30,225 nucleotides of DNA from Oligoflexia bacterium (lineage in GTDB: Bacteria > Bdellovibrionota_C > UBA2361 > SZUA-149 > DAOLCO01). Position 1 is the first letter of the stretch. The number at the start of each line of letters is the position of its first letter. The translations under genes and the position numbers were made by a program. Location of the stretch: NCBI GenBank assembly GCA_035327825.1, contig DAOLCO010000014.1, forward strand, positions 1-30,225, written 5' to 3'. Positions 9,675 to 16,804 of the stretch are shown piece by piece. The notes under the pieces are model-generated. The model searched no databases and had not been told where the DNA came from. It worked only from the letters and a program-made list of their open reading frames with translations.

Positions 9675-11978
9675 ATGTTTTCTGCGACCACTGACGAATT
9701 AAGAAGCATGGTATACTATAAGGAAATATCGGCCAGTTTACGTGGATACTTGTCAGGGCTATTGAGGCTCTGGCTTTATATTTTTTCACTAGTATTTTTT
9801 TTAAGCGTTAATTCGCTAGTTGATAATTACCCTCCTTCTATCCGAATCATCTCTTCACTTGCCTATGCTGCCGACAAAAAACCTTCAAAACCTTCAAGTG
9901 GCGGAAAGCGGGTCGTAAAAAAGAAACGAGCACCTGTTTCAAGTGAAGTTTTAACTCCTGAAATCGCGCCAACTCCCATTGGAAGTGGCAAGTCATTTGA
10001 CGATAGGTCCAGTATTGCAAAACCGGTAGATGCAATTCTTGTTCTTGATTCTTCAAGGAGTATGAAGCGTAATGATCCTGAACGACTGAGAGACCAGGGT
10101 GCAAGACTATTCCTTCAGTTTCTTGAACCAGGTGACAGGTTTGCCATTATAGATTTTGCAGAAGAGGCATCGGTACTTTTTCCTTTTACTCCTGTTCAGA
10201 ATACTACTCCAAAAGAAATATCAGATCTCCTTGAATCAATCGAAAATGAAGGAAATTTTACTGATTTTTTAAGTCCTCTGGAGCTTTCCCTTGAGCTTTT
10301 TGAAACTGATCTTCGTCCTGGCTCGGAGAAAGTGATAATTCTTCTTTCTGATGGAGAGATGGATCCTGATCCTGCGGTTGGAGGCAAAAGTGAAAGAACT
10401 GCTATCCTGCTTGATGAGGTCATTCCAAAGCTCTCAAAGCAGAATATTCGTCTTCACTCTCTTGGTTTTAGCAGGGATGCTGATGCCAGAATTCTTAAAT
10501 TAATGTCCTCAAAAGCAGACGGGTTAAGTTGGTATACAAGAGATGTAAATACAGTTCACCGGATATTTTCTGATCTTTTTCTTTCTATAAAAAAACCTCA
10601 GGTTCTTGAGCTTACAAAAGACGGTTTTGAAATTGATAGCAGTACAGAGGAAGCAACATTCTTTGTTAACAGAAAAAACAAGGAAGAGTCAGTTACTGTT
10701 GTTGATCCTCTGGGAAAGGAATTTGTAAATCGTGATTTTCCTTCTGATTGGAAATGGTTTAGGGGAGATTTATTTGATGTAGTTACAATACATTCACCTA
10801 CGCCTGGTGTTTGGGGAATTCGTATTGGTAATGATACCCCCAGTGGTTTTGCAAAGCTGATTTCCAATCTTAAACTTGAACACAGTTGGCCCGGTAGTAT
10901 GATGAGTATTGGGGATGTTGCACTACTAAAAGCCAGACTAACAGAAAATGGATCGGTACTTTCTTCTCCTGAGCTTGCAGGGTTGATTTTCTACTCATTT
11001 AAAATAGTTAACATGTCTACCGGCAAGGTATATCTTCAGGGCAGGCTGAATGAAACGGGAGATGGTGTAGCTGAAGGTACAATAAGCCTAAATGAGGAGG
11101 GTGACTTTAAACTCTTTCTTTCTGTAACCTCCCCTACTTTTACACGTCAGGCTCATATCCCTTTTTCAGTTTCGAGGGGACTTATTTCACTTGAGCATAT
11201 TTCAGCCAATGAATTTACGGGAGCAGGTGATTCCTATCGGGTAGTGCTTCACCCAAATGCGATTAAGCTCAAGGGGCTTGTTGTTGGACTTCTTGCAAAA
11301 TCAGAGAATTCTTCCGAAGAAGTGAAAGCCATGAATATAACAAAAAGCAAAATAAGTGATACCGAGTATGAGGTTCCTCTTGGAAAATTTGCTCCGGGTA
11401 CATACATGGTTTCAGCGGTTGTAAACGGCATGGGAGATGATAAGAAAAAAGTGAGCGCTAAGAGCGAAGAATTGAAAATAGTTATTTCTGAGTCTGATAG
11501 TAAAGCAGATGAGTCTGATTATAACGTAGGCCTTGATGGCCTGGAGAATTTTGAAGAGAAAGAGCCCGAGAAAAAATCTGACTGGCCTTATGGGGTTGGT
11601 GCTATTATATTTTGCTTGATTGTTTCTGCTGGTGCGTCTCGATTTTTCATAAAAAAATCCCTATTAACAAGCGCAAGTACCGTTAAGACAAGAGAGCCAT
11701 ATCAGATGTCAAGTGACTTGGCTTCCAGGCTTGAAGTTATTAAAGAGCGCGTATCGGAAGAAAAACGTCAGGCAAACGAGACAGAGTTGGAACTATTTGC
11801 TGTTCTTCCTGATTTACAAAAAGTTCTTTCTGAAATCATCATGACAAAGCCTGATGAGCCAGGAGAAAGTGTTTCCGTTGGTGGTGATTCACCTGATGAT
11901 GAAACCGGTGTAGATAAGGAGTCAGATTCCCTAACTTCTGGTTCAGTAGAGGAGGCACAGGAAGCAAAAGCAGAGTAG
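9675..11978 (+). CDS. Membrane-anchored von Willebrand factor type A (vWA) domain protein with acidic C-terminal tail
   Basis: MIDAS motif DSSRS in ILVLDSSRSMKRND, followed by ...FAIIDFAEEASVL..., typical of vWA. Hydrophobic N-terminal segment (LWLYIFSLVFFLSV) and a predicted TM near the C-terminus (GVGAIIFCLIVSAGA), then a Glu/Asp-rich tail. The true start may be the internal Met at 9708. Confidence 0.7.
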   Translation: MFSATTDELRSMVYYKEISASLRGYLSGLLRLWLYIFSLVFFLSVNSLVDNYPPSIRIISSLAYAADKKPSKPSSGGKRVVKKKRAPVSSEVLTPEIAPTPIGSGKSFDDRSSIAKPVDAILVLDSSRSMKRNDPERLRDQGARLFLQFLEPGDRFAIIDFAEEASVLFPFTPVQNTTPKEISDLLESIENEGNFTDFLSPLELSLELFETDLRPGSEKVIILLSDGEMDPDPAVGGKSERTAILLDEVIPKLSKQNIRLHSLGFSRDADARILKLMSSKADGLSWYTRDVNTVHRIFSDLFLSIKKPQVLELTKDGFEIDSSTEEATFFVNRKNKEESVTVVDPLGKEFVNRDFPSDWKWFRGDLFDVVTIHSPTPGVWGIRIGNDTPSGFAKLISNLKLEHSWPGSMMSIGDVALLKARLTENGSVLSSPELAGLIFYSFKIVNMSTGKVYLQGRLNETGDGVAEGTISLNEEGDFKLFLSVTSPTFTRQAHIPFSVSRGLISLEHISANEFTGAGDSYRVVLHPNAIKLKGLVVGLLAKSENSSEEVKAMNITKSKISDTEYEVPLGKFAPGTYMVSAVVNGMGDDKKKVSAKSEELKIVISESDSKADESDYNVGLDGLENFEEKEPEKKSDWPYGVGAIIFCLIVSAGASRFFIKKSLLTSASTVKTREPYQMSSDLASRLEVIKERVSEEKRQANETELELFAVLPDLQKVLSEIIMTKPDEPGESVSVGGDSPDDETGVDKESDSLTSGSVEEAQEAKAE

Positions 11979-12001
11979 GCTTTTATTCGGATATTTATTT
12001 T

Positions 12002-12745
12002 ATGATTTGGATTCTTGTTACTATAGTTATTTATGTTGCTTTTGCCTTGATAGTCTTCTTAAAGATAAGAAGCAGTAAGGGTTCGATCATTGAGACACAG
12101 AAAAAAAATCTGGAAGTTGCTGAAGAAGATCTAGTAAAAATGGAAGAAGTTCTTAAACAGATTTTATCTTTATCTCTTGGTTTAATCAGGAAAGAAGACA
12201 TTCTTGCACTTGATGCCATGCTTGATGATCTTGAGGCGAGTATAGGAGCGGAAAAGGGGCGTTTTGCGATTACTCAGGCAGAGCTTGATTCTGTGGAGAT
12301 TCGCTTAAGAGAGCTTGAAGAGTTAAAGAGAGAGCTTGAAGTAAGCACTATGGATGCCATACGTGAAATTGAAATGCTAAAAGCCCAGGAGCGAGATGTT
12401 TCGAATCAGAATGAAGTAATCAAAGAACAGATTGGATCTGCTAATGACCAGATTGATATACTCCTTGACATGTTTAATGATGATGGAATTGTTACGGAGC
12501 AGTTAAATGGGGCTAGAGCTCAAATGAAGCAAGTGGAAACAAATATTCTGTTTTATGAAGAGGAGGTTGCGAAAATAAATCAGCAATATGTTGTGCTTAA
12601 AAAAGCATACGATGCACTTGATATAGAATACGCGCAGCTTTATGAAAAAAGACAACAGGAACTTGATGGTAAACCAGCGCTAACTGACAGGCCCACAGCT
12701 GCTGATGAAGGCGAAGCTGAAGCTGAAACAGATTCTGCAGAATAG
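12002..12745 (+). CDS. N-terminally membrane-anchored coiled-coil protein (hypothetical)
   Basis: N-terminal TM (MIWILVTIVIYVAFALIVFL), then about 200 aa of heptad-like, E/K/L-rich sequence with an acidic tail. Sits 23 nt after the vWA gene, so likely co-transcribed. Confidence 0.55.
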   Translation: MIWILVTIVIYVAFALIVFLKIRSSKGSIIETQKKNLEVAEEDLVKMEEVLKQILSLSLGLIRKEDILALDAMLDDLEASIGAEKGRFAITQAELDSVEIRLRELEELKRELEVSTMDAIREIEMLKAQERDVSNQNEVIKEQIGSANDQIDILLDMFNDDGIVTEQLNGARAQMKQVETNILFYEEEVAKINQQYVVLKKAYDALDIEYAQLYEKRQQELDGKPALTDRPTAADEGEAEAETDSAE

Positions 12746-12759
12746 AAAATCGCCAAAAT

Positions 12760-12945
12760 CAGTTAGCAATTCAGCCTAATGGGAGTGTTGCGAAACGGCT
12801 TTTTTAAAAATCATGCATTCAAGATTGGAGAAAAAGGGCTTAGGTAAACTTTTTTGTTTTACTCCTTGGGTCTGGTGATTCCGGGGCCATCCGGGTGTTC
12901 GGGCCTGTTTCACAACAGGCCCCTAATGTAAACTTTTATCCCATA
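12760..12945 (+). repeat. Copy 1 of a dispersed intergenic repeat family (conserved 70-nt block + hairpin GGGCCTGTTTCACAACAGGCCC + TAATGTAAACTTTTAT)
   Basis: Aligns with 14490..14760 at roughly 70-80% identity over the shared blocks. Both start ..GGCTTTTTTAAAAATCA.GC.TTCAAGATT.. and end ..TTCGGGCCT.TTT..CAACAGG..TA..TAA.TTTT. The hairpin core recurs at 20073..20120. Confidence 0.7.
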
Positions 12946-13051
12946 GACTGGCCTTTATTTGTCTAGTGGTACTTGTGACTGACCAGCTTGATTGATTAAT
13001 TGTCAGGTGTTCGTTTAAACCACTTTAAATATGTGTAGACTTTATGACCCA

Positions 13052-13085
13052 CCGTTACTGAAGTAACGGCTTTTTTAGGTTTTTT
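13052..13085 (+). terminator. Intrinsic-terminator-like hairpin + T-tract in the 5' leader, ending 1 nt before the Shine-Dalgarno of the 13098 gene (possible attenuator)
   Basis: CCGTTAC tgaa GTAACGG followed by CTTTTTTAGGTTTTTT, then GGAGG (13087-13091) and ATG at 13098. Confidence 0.45.
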
Positions 13086-13097
13086 GGAGGTCTAAAG

Positions 13098-14324
13098 ATG
13101 AACACAAAACTGCTTTATCTGGTATCGATTGCAATTGCCTTGTATTCAGGTGTGGTGTTCGGGCAAAGTGATGAAATTGTCAGATACATTAAAGACCTTG
13201 ATTCCGATAAATTCAGCATTCGTCAGCAGGCTACTCGCAAGTCAATAGAGATTGGGACTCCCGTTATTGACAAGATTGTATTCGCGCAAGAGTCATCTTC
13301 TCTTGAGGTCAAAACCCGTGCGCAATTAATTGAGAAGGAAATCTTGATTCCAATCCTGCTGGAGCCATCTCTCGTGCATTTTGAGGGTTATGCGACGGTA
13401 ACAGAACTTCTGAGCGAAATTAGTCGTCAAACTGGAAATCAAATTGATTTCGATGAATCTGTAAATAATACGATTTGCTTCTGGAGTATTGAGAAAAAGA
13501 CGTTTTGGGAGGCGATAGTCCAGGTCTGTAAGCAGTCAGAAAACACAATTGCAACAGAGAATAACATGAATGGATGGAAAATTGTTCCGGGAGAATTTCA
13601 GGGAGATTATGTTGCTACAAATGAAATAGCTCTTGGCTTTCTATATAGTATTAACGAAATGCCTGATGTTAGAAAAGGGCGTATACTTGCTCAGATGAAT
13701 ATGTTTAGGGTGGTAAAGATACCCCCCGAACAGGGACTTGGTTTTTACTTTCATGTCTTTCTTGAGCCTCGCCTGAGCATTGCATCAGTTTTGAATCAGG
13801 CAGAGCTTCTTGAGTGTAAAGCGGATATTGGTACAAAAATAGGCCCTGCATCAGATGGTAATCCTCAATTTGTTGACGTTATCAACGGAAATAGCAGAAT
13901 TGTTGGAATCTTTTGTGGTCTTTATATGCCGAACAGAAGTCCTTTGATTCTAACTAGGTTGAGTTGCTGTTTTCGTTTTTTATTACTTGGCAACACAACG
14001 GAGATTATCTTTTCTGAGGTTAGTCAGAAAAATCGGCTGTATCACGACTGGATAGAACTTGTGAAAGTTGACTCAACCGAAGATTTTTTTATCTATACAT
14101 TCAGAGCGAGTACCAAGCGCCTAATGCATTTTGAAGTTGTTGCAAAATTAGATGAAATCTACAGAACCGATTATTCAGTAAGCTCTGGGATCAATATTTA
14201 TTCAGTGGTTCTGGCAAGAGATGGCAGACTGGAATTTCCGCCTATAAAGCTGAGGGCGCACAATTTTATACAATCAGTCATCGTAGAATTAAACTTCAAA
14301 AACATGCCTATTCCTGCCTGGTAA
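13098..14324 (+). CDS. Secreted hypothetical protein with N-terminal HEAT/PBS-lyase-like repeat
   Basis: Good SD (GGAGG, 6 nt spacer). Signal peptide MNTKLLYLVSIAIALYSGVVFG|QSD. DLDSDKFSIRQQATRKSIEIGTPVIDKIV resembles a HEAT-type repeat. The remainder is unrecognised. 408 aa. Confidence 0.65.
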   Translation: MNTKLLYLVSIAIALYSGVVFGQSDEIVRYIKDLDSDKFSIRQQATRKSIEIGTPVIDKIVFAQESSSLEVKTRAQLIEKEILIPILLEPSLVHFEGYATVTELLSEISRQTGNQIDFDESVNNTICFWSIEKKTFWEAIVQVCKQSENTIATENNMNGWKIVPGEFQGDYVATNEIALGFLYSINEMPDVRKGRILAQMNMFRVVKIPPEQGLGFYFHVFLEPRLSIASVLNQAELLECKADIGTKIGPASDGNPQFVDVINGNSRIVGIFCGLYMPNRSPLILTRLSCCFRFLLLGNTTEIIFSEVSQKNRLYHDWIELVKVDSTEDFFIYTFRASTKRLMHFEVVAKLDEIYRTDYSVSSGINIYSVVLARDGRLEFPPIKLRAHNFIQSVIVELNFKNMPIPAW

Positions 14325-14414
14325 AGTTTATTTGTCTACTCATGCTGCTGATGATTTGGTAATTTCAATCTTGCTATACTCATGTTCTTAAAGAAAACCT
14401 ACAGAACACTGGTC

Positions 14415-14444
14415 GGGTCGGATGGAGTTAATTCTATCCGACCC
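14415..14444 (+). terminator. Hairpin (GGGTCGGAT ... ATCCGACCC) about 90 nt downstream of the 13098..14324 gene; possible terminator
   Basis: 9-bp perfect stem with a 12-nt loop. A T-rich run (TTGGTTTTT) follows after about 12 nt rather than immediately, so terminator function is uncertain. Confidence 0.3.
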
Positions 14445-14489
14445 ACTTTGAGTTATTGGTTTTTAATTATATAAGCAACGGTGGATCTA

Positions 14490-14760
14490 CTTAGCTACTT
14501 GTTCTGTTGGTATTGCTAAATGGCTTTTTTAAAAATCAGGCCTTCAAGATTTAATAAGCAGGCATTAGGCAGACTTTTCTTGTTTTATTCCTTGTATACA
14601 GTGCATTTTGTACAGTGCATTGTATGCTGTGCATTTTTGAACCTAAGTTCCGAAAATGCCCCTTCAGATAGTTAACGGGTCATACGGACATCGGCGAGCT
14701 CTCAGTCTAGTTCGCATTCGGGCCTTTTTTGCAACAGGTTCTATATAAGTTTTTCTATTT
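14490..14760 (+). repeat. Copy 2 of the dispersed intergenic repeat family, with a 120-nt insert containing three CAGTGCATT sub-repeats
   Basis: Shares the GGCTTTTTTAAAAATCAGGCCTTCAAGATT...GTTTTATTCCTT block and the TTCGGGCCTTTTTTGCAACAGGTTCTATATAAGTTTTT block with copy 1, in the same orientation. Confidence 0.7.
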
Positions 14761-14824
14761 ATGAAATAGGTTTTAAGAATTTCAGATTTATAATAATGGC
14801 AAGAGATAATAAGGAGATTTTCAT

Positions 14825-16609
14825 TTAGCTGTTATAAGAAGTAAAAGATGCAACATGTTTTTTATACGGACTTTTGAAATTCTTAATTTGATATAAGTGG
14901 TAGTTATCTTTCTCCATTAGATGAAGTCCTCCTGACGTACTTAGAAACTTAACATATTTGGAATCATTAATTATTTCTCTTATAGCACGTATAAGAATTT
15001 TAGGATTTCTAATCAGAGTAAGCCAGGCATCGCGAATTGCAGCCTCCAGAGCCCTTACTCCGCTGTTATTGCTTGATAGGGCAAGGCTACCAACAAGAAC
15101 GTTTCTTCGGTATCTTTTATCATCGTCAAAATCAAGCTCAAGTTCGCAGCCATTAAATAGTTGGTTAAAATTATAGTAAGGAAACCACTGAATTGCCTTA
15201 ACGTTTTTTTCGCCACTCAAAAAATACGATGTGATTTCATGTGGTGCAGCAAAGGTGAGTTTTGAGTTTCCTTTGGACACTCGCCCATCTTTTAGTAGCT
15301 CCCTATAATATTGCAAAGAACTACTAACCCCATCACCTAACACCAGATGATCTCCAGACTTAAGCGAATCAGATTGCTTCGGGTTCGATTGCTCTCTGCA
15401 TTTACTAACTATCTGAAAGGAAATGTCCGGCATAGACATAACTGCGGTATAGTTTCTAGAGATAGTCTCACATAGTAACTGCGAAAGATGCCCTGTTCCA
15501 AGAATGAATAACTCGCCAGGATGCAGGGAGTACTGCCTCATTTTCTGAAGAATCTCCCCTGCATGGACATATGAGTAGTTGGCTCTAATCGGAAAACCAC
15601 ATATTCGCTCAAGGTAGAATATAAGGGACAATGACCCGATACAGGAAGCGGGCAGGTTGATAATAACCTCGCCACAAAAAGCCTTATCAAGTTCCTTTTG
15701 AATAGCTTTTGAGCTCATGCCCAGGTTTTCACTAGCTCCAATATAACCCCCATTTATGGTAAAAAACTTATCGCTATTTCCAGTGTAGTATTTAAAAATA
15801 GGATCATGAGCCAGCTCCAGCAGTGTTGACTGACTGGAACCTTGGCGGAAAATATGCCTGGTTTTCAAGACCGCTGACAGCTCGTGATAAACCATACCAA
15901 ACAATAATTTTTGGTAACATTCATCGTCAAAGGGAGGTGGATGCGAATTGTCAACTTGCAGTATCTCCATTTCATCATTTGCGAATGCTCTCTTTGTAGT
16001 CTTATATTGTATTTTATCTACGCGTATGATTTTATTATTAATGAATTTCTTTTTAGATATCCGACCATGCTCAAGCATTTCTGCTAAGCACTGTAGTGCC
16101 CCAGGGGCACTTACCTTTATATCATCCAGATATACATCAATGTTAGAGTAGGGCAGATTCTTTGAAGTGACGTATATAGTTACCGGTCCAGGACGTTTCC
16201 GCTCAGGATTATTTCTTTCAAAGATACTCCTCGCCCTGCAACCTCCTTTTTGGTCAATACCAAACATGTTCAGAAGCCAAGGAGATTGCCTGGCCAGAGC
16301 ATAGTCGAACGAAGCGGCCGGTGTTTTTCCTTCTCCCTGTAAACCAATGATGGTAGTCAGTTTCCCATCCGATTTAAGATTTCCAATCACAACCCTCACA
16401 AGGCAAATGGCCATTGCCTTTACTGAGGAGGTCCAGTTAAAAGTGTTACTTGCCATTGTAGCAGAGAACGTTTTGCCACGAACTGAATGCCACTTTTCAC
16501 CAGAATCTCCGGGGGTAAAGATAACCGCATCAAGCTCGGGGGATTTGCCACTTAAAAACCTGAGTTCGATTTTGGGGTCGGGCATGGTTTTCTCGTAATT
16601 TAATCGCAA
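14825..16609 (-). CDS. Large hypothetical protein (594 aa) immediately downstream of, and co-oriented with, the HTH-NACHT gene; candidate partner or effector
   Basis: The ORF is open to a TTG at 16609; the first ATG is at 16585 (MPDPKIEL...). It contains a P-loop-like segment (TTIIGLQGEGKTPAAS), a possible Walker-B-like IDVYLDDI, and two Rossmann-like GxGxxS segments (ELFILGTGHLSQLL, HLVLGDGVSSSL). I recognise no family with confidence. Confidence 0.6.
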   Translation of the reverse strand: MRLNYEKTMPDPKIELRFLSGKSPELDAVIFTPGDSGEKWHSVRGKTFSATMASNTFNWTSSVKAMAICLVRVVIGNLKSDGKLTTIIGLQGEGKTPAASFDYALARQSPWLLNMFGIDQKGGCRARSIFERNNPERKRPGPVTIYVTSKNLPYSNIDVYLDDIKVSAPGALQCLAEMLEHGRISKKKFINNKIIRVDKIQYKTTKRAFANDEMEILQVDNSHPPPFDDECYQKLLFGMVYHELSAVLKTRHIFRQGSSQSTLLELAHDPIFKYYTGNSDKFFTINGGYIGASENLGMSSKAIQKELDKAFCGEVIINLPASCIGSLSLIFYLERICGFPIRANYSYVHAGEILQKMRQYSLHPGELFILGTGHLSQLLCETISRNYTAVMSMPDISFQIVSKCREQSNPKQSDSLKSGDHLVLGDGVSSSLQYYRELLKDGRVSKGNSKLTFAAPHEITSYFLSGEKNVKAIQWFPYYNFNQLFNGCELELDFDDDKRYRRNVLVGSLALSSNNSGVRALEAAIRDAWLTLIRNPKILIRAIREIINDSKYVKFLSTSGGLHLMEKDNYHLYQIKNFKSPYKKHVASFTSYNS

Positions 16610-16804
16610 TTAAAAATTATAGCCAAACACTGCAGTTTGAGTTGTGAGTAGTGGCGTGCGTCAAATACGAAGTTACCGTTTTCTGAAAAGCTAATCAAGT
16701 GCTAAATGTAATTATTGAAAGCTCTAACACTTTGATATTACTATGATCTAGTGGTGGAAAGTCAAAATTTTATAATGTCTATATGGAATTTGAACCTTAG
16801 TGTT

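Noticed and set aside
12760-14760. The repeats flanking the 13098..14324 gene considered as integron attC sites (gene cassette)
   Set aside because: No integrase gene is in the window, no R''/R' (RYYYAAC / GTTRRRY) core-site pair has the right geometry, and the repeats are direct and about 200 bp long with a conserved non-palindromic block, unlike attC. Cassette-like exchange by another mechanism remains possible and is covered in the findings.
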